Shown here: positions 44,081 through 53,438 of the stretch, piece after piece
Layout: the number at the start of each line of letters is the position of its first letter
Position numbering within the stretch: the first letter of the stretch is position 1
Assembly: GCA_965205505.1 (NCBI GenBank)
Contig: CBDBHB010000009.1
Location: 672,001-736,000, forward strand
Source: Acidobacteriota bacterium
GTDB lineage: Bacteria; Acidobacteriota; UBA890; WLXD01
Direction of reading: 5' to 3'
DNA length: 64,000 nt
The notes under the pieces: model-generated
Told to the model about the DNA's origin: nothing
What the model saw: only the letters and a program-made list of their open reading frames with translations
Database searches by the model: none
Translations under genes and position numbers: made by a program

Positions 44081-45237
44081 ATGAGCGCCCGGCGCCCCCC
44101 CCCTACCAAATTCCGTTCAACCGTACGGCGCTGGCGGGCGCCGAGCTCCACAACATTGCCGCCGTCATCGAGGCGGGGCAGATCGTCGGCAACGGCGACT
44201 ACGGTCGGCGATGCGAGCAGCTGCTCGAGCGCCTGCTCGGCGGCGGTTCCCGCGTGATGCTCACCACCTCGTGCACTCACGCGCTGGAGATGAGCGCGCT
44301 GCTGCTCAACGTGCAGCCGGGCGACGAGGTCATCATGCCGTCGTTCACCTTCGTCTCCACCGCCAACGCCTTTGCGTTGCGCGGCGCCGTGCCGCGTTTC
44401 GTTGACATTCGCCCCGACACTCTCAACCTGGACGAGGCGAAGCTCGAGCCACTCGTTGGCCGGCGTACTCGTGCCATCGTTGCCGTGCACTACGGCGGTG
44501 TCGCTTGTGAGATGGACTCCATCGAGCAGATCGCCTTCCGCCACAGCCTCGATGTGATCGAAGACAATGCCCATGGCCTGCTGGGCGCCTTCAACGGCCA
44601 GCAGCTCGGCACCTTCGGGCGCCTGGCCACCCTGAGCTTTCACGCCACCAAGAACTTCACCTGCGGCGAGGGCGGGGCGCTCATCGTGAACGACCCCGAC
44701 CTGGTCGATCGTGCCGAGATTATCCGCGAGAAGGGCACCGACCGGGCGAGTTTCTTCCGCGGCGAGATCGACAAGTACACCTGGGTCGATTTGGGCTCGA
44801 GCTACCCACCATCGGAGATCCTGGCGGCGTTCCTGCTGGCGCAGCTAGAGGCGCACGAGCGCATCCAATCAACCCGCCGCGCCATATGGCAGCGCTACGA
44901 CTCCGCCCTGCGCGACTGGGCCACCGCCAACGACGTGCGCTTGCCCAGCGTGCCCGACAGCTGCGACCACGCCTACCACCTGTACTGGATCGTCATGCCC
45001 GAGCCGGAGCAACGCGCCCGCCTAATCGAGCACCTTGGCGCGCTGGGCATCTTCGCCGTATTCCATTACCTTCCGCTCAACCTCTCGCCCATGGGCCGGC
45101 GCCTGGGCGGCAGGGAAGGGGACTGTCCGGTAGCCGAGTCGGTGGCCGACCGCCTGTTGCGGTTACCCTTCTATAACGACCTGTCGGAGTCCGATCAGCA
45201 GGCCGTAGTCGAGTCGATTCTGGAGTTCGAGCTGTGA
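44081..45237 (+). CDS. wecE: dTDP-4-amino-4,6-dideoxygalactose transaminase (WecE/RffA-like); start out of frame across a C9 tract
   Basis: IPFN, TTSCTHALEM, PSFTFVSTANAF, EDNAHG, SFHATKNFTCGEGG, EKGTDR, DKYTWVDLGSSY. Confidence 0.88.
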
Positions 45238-45274
45238 GCCCCAATCATGAGCCAATCAGCGTAGGCGGTACATC

Positions 45275-45991
45275 GTGAAGATCGAGCTGCTGCCCTGGGA
45301 CTCGGAGTTCTTCGGCTTCCGCATCGGCCGCGTGCACTCGCGTCAATTCAAGCCCGACGAGCTGCCCCAGCAGGCACGCGAGCAGGGCTACCGCTGCCTG
45401 TACCTCACCTGCGGCATCTCCGACGGCGGCGCCCTCAAGGAGGCGGCCAGGGCCGGTTTCGCCCCCATCGATGTGCGCGTCACCCTCAAGGCGCGCCTCG
45501 ATCTGTCCATCCCGGAGCCCGAGGAGCACGCCGCGATCGACATCAGCCCGTACCGCCCCGAGGACATGCCCCACCTGATTGCCATCGCGCACGACCTCAG
45601 CGCCTACAGCCGTTTCAACCTCGACACCGGCTTCGAAGACGACGCCGCCCTGCGCCTCTATGCCCGCCGCATCCAGGACTCCTGCGCCGGCCGCGCCGAG
45701 ATCACCCTGGTGGCCCGTCGCGACGGCATTCCGGTGGGGCTTGCCACCTGCACGGCTGCCGGCGCCACCTCGGGAGCACTAGAGATGGTGGGCGTGCGCG
45801 ATAGCGCCGCGGGTACCGGCATCGGCTCTGCCCTGGTGAAGGCGGCGCTCCATCACCACCAGCAGGCCGGCCGGCCGAACGTGGTGGTCACGGTGCAGGG
45901 GCGCAACCCGAGAGCGCTGAACTTCTACCAGCGCAACCGGTTCCAGATTCGCGAGATGGAGCTCGTGTTCCACTGCTGGATCGAGCGCTAG
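45275..45991 (+). CDS. GNAT acetyltransferase, WecD/RffC-like
   Basis: LPWDSEFFG, SRFNLDTGF, GTGIGSAL, VQGRNPRALNFYQ; follows wecE. Confidence 0.8.
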   Translation: MKIELLPWDSEFFGFRIGRVHSRQFKPDELPQQAREQGYRCLYLTCGISDGGALKEAARAGFAPIDVRVTLKARLDLSIPEPEEHAAIDISPYRPEDMPHLIAIAHDLSAYSRFNLDTGFEDDAALRLYARRIQDSCAGRAEITLVARRDGIPVGLATCTAAGATSGALEMVGVRDSAAGTGIGSALVKAALHHHQQAGRPNVVVTVQGRNPRALNFYQRNRFQIREMELVFHCWIER

Positions 45992-46061
45992 CGCAGCACC
46001 GAGACTGGCTCTCTTCCGAACCCGTGCGGAGTGGAGAGCACCCTGAGGGCAACCTTAGCGG

Positions 46062-46866
46062 GGCACTGTCAACTTAAGCGCCCGTGCGCGGTCCCTGAGC
46101 AGTCTTGCGCCGGGCGAGGCAGCTTCCTCAGGGGCTAGTGGCCTCTTGCCAAGCCGTCATGGATCGGGCGCGCAGCAGCCGGTAGTTGGCTGCTCGCAAG
46201 CGGTGCCGTCCAAGTCGGAAGAGGTTGAGGATCACTCCGTGTACGACCAAGAAACGTTGAGCCTGCGCCGCTGACTTGAACCGCCTCATCTGCCGTTCAC
46301 GCTGTCGTGTTGGTTGATGCGACACCTCGGCTCGGTTGTTTGTGTAGCGGGCGGTGACATGCTCCACCGAGGGCATCACGGCACGGTGCGCGGCCCCGTA
46401 GCTTCCGAGCTTGTCAGTGATCAACCATCGAGGTTCGCTCCCCTGCCCCTTCAAGAGCTTCCGGAAAAAGCGCTTTGCAGCGCGGGCATTGCGGCGCCGC
46501 TGGACCAAGATGTCGATCACATCGCCGTCCTGGTCCACGGCTCGCCAAAGATAGTGGCGCCTGCCGCGGATGCTCACGAAAACCTCGTCCAGGAACCACG
46601 CGTCACCCAGACGACCCTGTCGCCGACGTAACTTCCCGGCGTAGTCCGGGCCGAATTTCCCACACCACCGCCGAATCGTCTCGTAGGTGACCTCGACCCC
46701 GCGCTCGGCCAGGAGATCCTCGACGTCTCGGAAGCTCAGGCAGAACCGATGGTAGAGCCAGACGGCGTGGCTGATGATCTCGATTGGGAAACGGTGTCTG
46801 CGATAGCGACTCGCGGCGTTGATCATCGCCAGACTCTGTCAGCATGATCGTTAAGTTGACAATGCC
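46062..46866 (-). mobile_element. IS6-family insertion sequence
   Basis: TIRs ggcactgtcaacttaa / ttaagttgacaatgcc (15/16); no flanking direct repeat. Confidence 0.92.
46128..46826 (-). CDS. IS6-family transposase
   Basis: HRFPIEII, WFLDEVF, YLWRAVDQDG, ITDKLGSY, NNRAEVSHQ. Confidence 0.96.
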   Translation of the reverse strand: MINAASRYRRHRFPIEIISHAVWLYHRFCLSFRDVEDLLAERGVEVTYETIRRWCGKFGPDYAGKLRRRQGRLGDAWFLDEVFVSIRGRRHYLWRAVDQDGDVIDILVQRRRNARAAKRFFRKLLKGQGSEPRWLITDKLGSYGAAHRAVMPSVEHVTARYTNNRAEVSHQPTRQRERQMRRFKSAAQAQRFLVVHGVILNLFRLGRHRLRAANYRLLRARSMTAWQEATSP

Positions 46867-47669
46867 ACTCGGCGACGTTCAGCAACGACGGCACCAAGAT
46901 CATCTTTACCGACGAGTGGGGCGGAGGATCTCGCCCGCGTTGCCGGGCGATCGACCCGCCGACATGGGGAGCGAACGCGATCTTCGACATCGTCGATCGC
47001 GAGATGCGGTTCAGGGGGTACTACAAGCTGCCGGCGCCGCAGACCGAGCAGGAGAACTGCGTCGCCCACAACGGCTCGCTCATCCCTGTGCCGGGCCGCG
47101 ACATCATGGTCTAGGGCTGGTACCAGGGCGGTATCTCGGTGTTCGACTTCACCGACTCGGCGAACCCCGTCGAGATCGCGTTCTTCGACCGCGGTCCCGT
47201 CGACGCGGAGGATCTCATCTCCGGCGGCTACTGGTCGGCCTACTGGTACAACGGCTACATCTACGGCGCCGAGATCGCCCGTGGGCTCGACGTTTTCCGG
47301 CTTACCTCGAGCGAGCACCTCACGCAGAATGAGATCGACGCCGCCAGCCTGGCTGTGGCCGAGGAGACCAACGTGCAGCACCAGCAGCGGTTCGTATGGC
47401 CGCCGAGCTCGGTGTTGGCGCGTGCCTACCTCGACCAGCTCAACCGAAGCAACGGCATCGAGGCGCAGCGCGTCGGAGCCGTCAACGAGGCCCTCGGCCG
47501 CGCCGACCAGCTTCGCTCAGCCGGCGGCGGCGGAACGGCGGTCGTCGCAGAGCTCGAAGCTCTGGCGATCGAATTGGAGGGCGACGCCGAAGAGGCCATT
47601 TACCACGATGTACGGCACCTGCAATCGCTGGCCGACACGCTGAGAGGCATTGCGACAACGCTGCGTTGA
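46867..47669 (+). pseudogene. 5'-truncated LVIVD-repeat protein with in-frame TAG at 47112
   Basis: SATFSNDGTKIIFTDEWGGG...ENCVAHNGSLIPVPGRDIMV*GWYQGG...EIAFFDRGP...GGYWSAYWYNG; begins abruptly at the IS6 end. Confidence 0.8.
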
Positions 47670-47761
47670 GCTGCAACCTCTTGTAAGCTCGATACCCTTG
47701 GCCAGAGTCGGCACTCGGTTGCCCGTTGCCCAACCATGCAGCGAGCCCATCGAGGATCACC

Positions 47762-48190
47762 ATGAACTTCAAGCGCAACGAAGACGGCTTTTCGCTGATC
47801 GAGTTGCTCATCGTTGTCGCGATCATCGGCATTATCGCGACGATCGCGGTTCCGCAGCTGCTCGACGCCATCGATCGCGCCCGCCAGCGCCGCACGATGG
47901 CCGACATGCGCAACATCGCCACGGCCAATGGCACCTACCGAGTTGACCAGGGTGCGTATGCTTCGGCGCTAAGCGACTTGCAGCCCACGTACATGCAGGT
48001 TGTTCCGATCAACGATGCTTGGGGAGCCGCTTTCCAGTACAGCGCGTCCAGCGGCTCGTACAACCTCGAGTCGTACGGCTCCGACAACGCCGACGGTCCG
48101 GCCGCGCCGACCCCGTGGATCAACGATCCCTACGACATCGACTTGGAGCTGACCAACGGTCAGTTCACGCAGGCCCCAACCGCTCAGTAG
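47762..48190 (+). CDS. Prepilin-type N-terminal cleavage/methylation protein (GspG-like pseudopilin)
   Basis: MNFKRNEDG/FSLIELLIVVAIIGIIATIAVP with Glu+5; DAWG...SYGSD motifs. Confidence 0.9.
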   Translation: MNFKRNEDGFSLIELLIVVAIIGIIATIAVPQLLDAIDRARQRRTMADMRNIATANGTYRVDQGAYASALSDLQPTYMQVVPINDAWGAAFQYSASSGSYNLESYGSDNADGPAAPTPWINDPYDIDLELTNGQFTQAPTAQ

Positions 48191-48210
48191 TCGACCGGCA
48201 TGGACCTAGT

Positions 48211-48246
48211 CTAGCAGGCCGTGGTGAAAGTGTGGTGGGTCTGGCG
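48211..48246 (+). repeat. Isolated family A MITE terminus
   Basis: CTAG-caggccgtggtgaaagtgtggtgggtctggcg, 29/32 identical to 1524-1555. Confidence 0.75.
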
Positions 48247-48290
48247 AGTGGGACCAAATGGTCACTCATTTGTCGTAAGGAGATACAAAC

Positions 48291-49172
48291 ATGAGGCAAT
48301 TGTTCTTGGTAGTGATGTTGGGTATCGCGGTGACGGCGCTCGGGGTTGATGCCCAGACACCCCAACCCCCTCCAGGCATGGTCCTAATTCCCGCCGGATC
48401 GTTCATGATGGGCGACGCCGACGGCCAGGACATGGAGACACCGGTTCATGAAGTGGAACTGGATGCGTTCTATATGGATACCCATGAGGTCACTTTAGAA
48501 GAGTTTGGAGACTTCGTGGATGCGACAAGCTATGTCACCGATGCCGAGAAAAACGACGGTTCGATTATTTGGAACGGAGAGAGCTGGGAGAAAACAGAAG
48601 GTATTAACTGGAGGTTCGACGCGGCGGGCAATGTGCACAAGGCAGAAGAAAAGAATCAACCGGTGACGCACCTGAGCTGGAATGACGCCAATGCCTACGC
48701 TCAGTGGGCCGGAAAACGCTTGCCCACCGAGGCCGAATGGGAATATGCCGCCCGAGGCGGGGAACAAGGCTACAAGTTCGCCTGGGGCAACGAGCCCTTG
48801 GGAGAGGACGTTGTTGCCAATGTCTCTGATGAAAATTTCGTAAAGGTCGTAACTACCTGGCCTTATACCGAAGGGTATGACGACGGATACACTTTCGGCG
48901 CTCCGGTGGGTTCGTTCGTGCCCAACTCGTTCGGACTGTACGATATGTCTGGCAATGCGTGGGAATGGTGTGCCGACTACTTTGATGCTGAATACTACAG
49001 CCGGAGCTCGAAGAAGAATCCTAGAAACGATGATTCTAATGAACGTAGGGTGATGCGCGGCAACTCCTGGGACGGAAGGCCAGGAATGATGCGCGCCTCG
49101 AGGCGCACCAGCGACCTCCAGTCGAACAGTTATGCAGACACAGGCTTCCGATGTGCGAAGGATATCGAGTAG
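48291..49172 (+). CDS. Secreted formylglycine-generating enzyme (SUMF1/EgtB) domain protein
   Basis: IPAGSFMMG, RLPTEAEWEYAARGG, PNSFGLYDMSGNAWEWC, TGFRC; strong RBS; lacks the FGE catalytic Cys pair. Confidence 0.9.
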   Translation: MRQLFLVVMLGIAVTALGVDAQTPQPPPGMVLIPAGSFMMGDADGQDMETPVHEVELDAFYMDTHEVTLEEFGDFVDATSYVTDAEKNDGSIIWNGESWEKTEGINWRFDAAGNVHKAEEKNQPVTHLSWNDANAYAQWAGKRLPTEAEWEYAARGGEQGYKFAWGNEPLGEDVVANVSDENFVKVVTTWPYTEGYDDGYTFGAPVGSFVPNSFGLYDMSGNAWEWCADYFDAEYYSRSSKKNPRNDDSNERRVMRGNSWDGRPGMMRASRRTSDLQSNSYADTGFRCAKDIE

Positions 49173-49245
49173 GGCATAGCGCTAGCTGAGATCGGAGTGT
49201 GCCCGGTGGGTGGGTTCGCAGCGCCTCGCACAGCGGGATCAAGGT

Positions 49246-50688
49246 TCATGAAGAACCGAGGTCCCGAATCGACCACAGGTGGTGCTGTGTGCGGAGCAGC
49301 AGCCGATCGCCGACCATTGCCGGGGTGGATTGCGAGAAATCGTCGAGTGGATTGATGCCGAGTAGCTCGTACTCGTCGCCGGTGCCGATAACGTACGTGT
49401 CGCCCTCTTCGCTCAGGCAGAAGATCTTTCCATTGTAGGCCCAGGGCGACGAGGTGAAGTTTCTGGCGCCCGGGGCGATCCGCGAGCGGTAGACGACCTC
49501 GCCCGTGCCGGCGTCGTACTTGACGATGATTCCGTTGTGCTGCAGCACGTACAGCTTGCCCTCGTACAACACCGGCGTGCTCAGGTAGGTGCCGCCCCGC
49601 CAGTCGTACCAGGCCACATGCACGCTACTCGTTGCTCCCTCCGGCATGGTGATGTCGCCAGCGGCGCCGACCCGCACGGCGGCGATGGGGCGAGATTCGC
49701 TGCTCGGGGGGCCGGAAACCAGGTAGAGCATGCCATCGTGGGCGAACGGGGTCGGAATCGGCATGGTGGCCATCTTCCCCATCCGCCACAGCTCGTCGCC
49801 TTGCAGGTCGTAGCTGATCGCGGCTGTCGGCCCGATCGTGACCAGCTCAGTGCGCAGTTCGTTTTCCCAGACCAAGGGCGACGACCAACCGGACTGGTGG
49901 TTATCGCCGAGCCCGACACGCGGTGTGCGCCAGATTTCCCGGCCGTCGTGCTTGTCGAAGGCGGCGACGAAGCTCGCCTCGTTGTTGTCGTTGAGGATGT
50001 AGATTTTGTCGCCGTATAGCGCCGGCGAGGCGCCGCCACCGAGCTCGAGGAAAACCGGGTACGCCATCAGCGGCGTAGCCCATAGCTGGTTGCCATCGAA
50101 GTCGTAAGCGTACAGTCCTTGATGCGCGAAGTAGGCGTAAACGGCGTTGCCATCGGTTACCGGGGTCTCGGAGGCGAAGCTATTCTTGAGATGGCGACCG
50201 ACGGCCGGGTTGCCCTCGTAGATTGTGCGCTCCCACCGCAGGTCGCCGCTCTCGAGATCAAGGCAATACAGCATCAGCCTGATCGAGATCTGGTCGCGAA
50301 ACTCCGTGTCACGCGCGTCGGCGATCTGCTCGGCCTCTGACAATGACAGCCCCTGGTCGCGCAACTCGGCGATGTAACTATTGCCGAAATCCACCCCCAG
50401 CCGCGGCTGCTTCATCGGCTGCTCGCTGGTGGCCGCCGTGAGGAACACGCGATCCCCCCACACGATCGGCGAAGACCAGCCCGTGCCCGGGATCTCGGCG
50501 CTCCACTCCACGTTCTCGGTTCTCGACCACGAATCCGGCAGACCGGGGTTGTCGGCCACCGGAATGCCGGCCGGCCCGCGGAAGTGGGGCCAGTTTTGAT
50601 CGTCGCCCCGGTGGCTCCCGCCGCAGGCGATCACCATCAGGGGAAGGGTCATCGCCCACAATACGGAGGAACTTCTGTTGCAGGACAC
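49246..50688 (-). CDS. PQQ-binding-like (BamB-type) beta-propeller protein
   Basis: NWPHFRGP, GWSSPIVWGDRVF, NSFASETPVTDG, FTSSPWAYNGKI; start uncertain. Confidence 0.85.
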   Translation of the reverse strand: MSCNRSSSVLWAMTLPLMVIACGGSHRGDDQNWPHFRGPAGIPVADNPGLPDSWSRTENVEWSAEIPGTGWSSPIVWGDRVFLTAATSEQPMKQPRLGVDFGNSYIAELRDQGLSLSEAEQIADARDTEFRDQISIRLMLYCLDLESGDLRWERTIYEGNPAVGRHLKNSFASETPVTDGNAVYAYFAHQGLYAYDFDGNQLWATPLMAYPVFLELGGGASPALYGDKIYILNDNNEASFVAAFDKHDGREIWRTPRVGLGDNHQSGWSSPLVWENELRTELVTIGPTAAISYDLQGDELWRMGKMATMPIPTPFAHDGMLYLVSGPPSSESRPIAAVRVGAAGDITMPEGATSSVHVAWYDWRGGTYLSTPVLYEGKLYVLQHNGIIVKYDAGTGEVVYRSRIAPGARNFTSSPWAYNGKIFCLSEEGDTYVIGTGDEYELLGINPLDDFSQSTPAMVGDRLLLRTQHHLWSIRDLGSS

Positions 50689-52151
50689 TACTGAATGAGC
50701 AAAAGCTCTTGTTGCGGCGGAGACAAATACTCGACTCCACTCGCGGTCGCGACCGCCTGCTCATGGTCCCAAAACAACAAGTATTGATCCTCGCCTTGGT
50801 CAGCAGGCGACGGCATATAGAAAAAGTACTCTAGAACGAAGTGGTGATTGGGTGAGAGCGGTACGTCGAAAGTCCAATCCGGGCCATAGGAACCCATCCT
50901 GGGGCCTAGGTAGATATCGAACTTCCGCTCACGCGCTCCCTTTCCCTTCCCGTGGAGGTCGAGCGTAAGCTGAGTTTTGTCGGGGTCGAAGCCCGCCGAA
51001 TAAACGGGGAAATCGTTCTTGGGCTGAACCATATGCAGTTGCGAATCTCTGACAATAATGCCTGCGTCTTCAAACTTGCGCTCGTAGCTTTTCATTATTT
51101 CCCGGGGGGTAAGGCCGGCCCTGATGGTTTCCGTCAGGATCTTGTCGATCGTCAGATATTCTGCCCATAGCTTCTTGATGTCGGCAGGCGGTTCGGTCTC
51201 TCCTTCACGGAGCACATAGGCGTACAATCCCTGGCTCGGTGCTGCAAGGATGTCGCCTCCCTGGACCACACTGTTTTCCCAGCCTTCGCTCCTTCCCCTT
51301 TGCGATAGTCCGGTGCGCATTCGGCGAAAGACAGTTACCCCCGCCTCGCTACTCTTGGTCACGCCCGGCACGATTTCAGCAAAAGTCTTCTTTACGCGTT
51401 CGAGCTCGTCCGCACGCAGTTTTTTGAGTAGCTCGACTTCGCTCGGCACCGGACTGACGCCGTAGTCCATGATCAGATACTCAGACGAAACCAGCCTGTC
51501 GGCATATGCCTCACCGAGCTCTTCAGTCAGCAGCAGGTAATCAATGTGCGAAATACCGTCGTCTGTTCTGGTGGAGGTTGCCCACGTGCCCAGATTGTCC
51601 CGATAATTTACGGCGATGCGCCCGGGGTCACGTGCTTCGACGAATTCTCTGAGGCCCTTGAATCGGTAGTCATATTCCGTCATCGGGCTCGACACCGGTT
51701 CGCCCACAAAAACCGGGTCGCCGATTATGTCGTAGACTCCGAGCTCTTCAATCGGATCTGCGTAGTCGGAGCGGATCCTCTCGCGCTGTGAAGCTCCCCA
51801 GCGACGCCCGACAATCGCCCGCTCGATCCTTCCATCGCCACGGTCGGTGAAAATGAAAACACCGGACGTGCTGCCCAAATCTTCCGCGCCGAAGGGATCG
51901 TGGTTCGCCTCTCTCATCACATGGATCCACATGTCGATGTTACGGGCCCGCATGATCTGCGGCAGCGTGAGATCAAACTTGTCCCGACGAATCTGGTTGT
52001 TCTCTTCGACGTACTGTGCGGGTCTGGCGCGCTCTTCCTGAGCTGCCGCCGCGGTGTGAGGCTGGGCGACAAGGCCGACCAAGAGGAAGAGCGACGAAAG
52101 AGCCGAATAAGTCGTCCGGAAAGCCGACGAAGTGTTCCGTGTGTGTTTCAT
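50688..52151 (-). CDS. Secreted M24/Xaa-Pro aminopeptidase-like hypothetical protein
   Basis: Signal peptide; LPQIMRARNIDMWI..MRE...DP N-terminus and PPQQELLLI C-terminus; metal ligands not clearly conserved. Confidence 0.6.
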   Translation of the reverse strand: MKHTRNTSSAFRTTYSALSSLFLLVGLVAQPHTAAAAQEERARPAQYVEENNQIRRDKFDLTLPQIMRARNIDMWIHVMREANHDPFGAEDLGSTSGVFIFTDRGDGRIERAIVGRRWGASQRERIRSDYADPIEELGVYDIIGDPVFVGEPVSSPMTEYDYRFKGLREFVEARDPGRIAVNYRDNLGTWATSTRTDDGISHIDYLLLTEELGEAYADRLVSSEYLIMDYGVSPVPSEVELLKKLRADELERVKKTFAEIVPGVTKSSEAGVTVFRRMRTGLSQRGRSEGWENSVVQGGDILAAPSQGLYAYVLREGETEPPADIKKLWAEYLTIDKILTETIRAGLTPREIMKSYERKFEDAGIIVRDSQLHMVQPKNDFPVYSAGFDPDKTQLTLDLHGKGKGARERKFDIYLGPRMGSYGPDWTFDVPLSPNHHFVLEYFFYMPSPADQGEDQYLLFWDHEQAVATASGVEYLSPPQQELLLIQ

Positions 52152-52241
52152 ATTTGCCTCCTAGCCGGAAAATGCGCGCCAATCATGCTACTATCCGTTC
52201 AAGGTCATGTTTGACAGGGTGGAACCGTCGGCGGCGAGACG

Positions 52242-53438
52242 CTAGCGAGAAAGCTCGGCCACCTCTGTCACAAAGCGCTCCACCTCGTCCTCAATGTTGT
52301 AGTAGTGGACCGAGGCGCGCACCATCGACTGTAGGTTGCGGGCCTCCATGTCGATCCGGCTCGAGGAGCGTTCGGTCACGCTGACGTTCACGCCTCGCGC
52401 GCTCAGCGCATTCTTCAGGTCCGATGGCTCTCGGCCGTCGACCGTGAAGGTCACGATGCCGCACTTTTCACGCCCGATGTCACGAACCTCGACGCCGGGT
52501 GTCTCCGACAGGGCGCAGCGAAGCGTCGTAGCCAAGTGAACCACGCGTTTCCGAATGGGGTCGATGCCCCATTGCAGCGCATAGTCGACGGCGGTGCCGA
52601 GCGCGATGTGCCCGGCCACGTAGGACTCCCAATTCTCGAAGCGCCGCGCGGTGGGATGGATCTCGAACTCGTTCCGTGCGGTCCAGGAAGCGGCCCGCAG
52701 GTCGACGAAGGGCGGGTCCAATTGTTCGATCATCTCCTTTCGGACGTAGAGAAACCCGGTGCCGCGCGGCCCTCGCAGGTACTTTCGCCCCGTGGCCGAG
52801 AGCATGTCGCAGCCGAGCGCGTCGACATTGAGCGGCCACTGTCCCGCGGACTGACACGCGTCGAGCAGGAAGGGGACGCCGGCCTCGCGCGTGAGCTTGC
52901 CCACCTCTTCCGCCGGATTCACCAAGCCGCCGTTCGTTGGTACGTGTGTGATCCCCACCAATGCGACCCTTCCACGCTGGAGCTCGATTCGGAGTGCGTC
53001 CAGCGAGATCTGACCATCGTCGTCGCTGGGCACGACCTCGACCACCGCCCCCGTCTCTCTGGCAACATGCAGGTATGCGAGGTAGTTGCTGACGTACGCC
53101 GCTTCACCGGTGAGGATGCGATCGCCCGACTTGAAAGGCATCGCGTAGAAAGCCATGTCCCAGGCACGCGTAGCGTTCTCGACAAGGGCGATCTCGTCTG
53201 TCTCACAACCTAGGAGCTCCGCGATCGCCTCGTAGGTTCGGAGACGTTGCTGCGCGGCCGCGTCCGCCGCCTCATACCCGCCCATCTCCGCCTCCGCGCG
53301 CAAGTGCCCGTATAGAGCGTCGAGAACCGGCGTCGGGGGGAGTGAGGAGCCGGCGTTGTTGAAATGCAGTACGCGCTCGGCACCCGGTGTCTCTCGGCGA
53401 GCCCGAACCACGTCGATCTCTGACCGGAGTGGAGTCAA
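52242..53438 (-). CDS. Class V PLP aminotransferase (cysteine desulfurase/lyase-like)
   Basis: HFNNAGSS, LDACQSAGQ, ATGRKYLRGPRGTG, VRASVHYYN. Confidence 0.9.
   Translation of the reverse strand: MTPLRSEIDVVRARRETPGAERVLHFNNAGSSLPPTPVLDALYGHLRAEAEMGGYEAADAAAQQRLRTYEAIAELLGCETDEIALVENATRAWDMAFYAMPFKSGDRILTGEAAYVSNYLAYLHVARETGAVVEVVPSDDDGQISLDALRIELQRGRVALVGITHVPTNGGLVNPAEEVGKLTREAGVPFLLDACQSAGQWPLNVDALGCDMLSATGRKYLRGPRGTGFLYVRKEMIEQLDPPFVDLRAASWTARNEFEIHPTARRFENWESYVAGHIALGTAVDYALQWGIDPIRKRVVHLATTLRCALSETPGVEVRDIGREKCGIVTFTVDGREPSDLKNALSARGVNVSVTERSSSRIDMEARNLQSMVRASVHYYNIEDEVERFVTEVAELSR

Noticed and set aside
11223-47114. Genome-wide TAG reassignment (Gln or pyrrolysine), prompted by in-frame TAGs and a radical SAM lysine mutase-like gene
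   Set aside because: TAG is the evident terminator of many intact genes (thiG, thiE, rpiB, msrB, the HtrA protease, the PQQ dehydrogenase). The mutase is KamA-type, not PylB, and no pyl genes or tRNA are visible.
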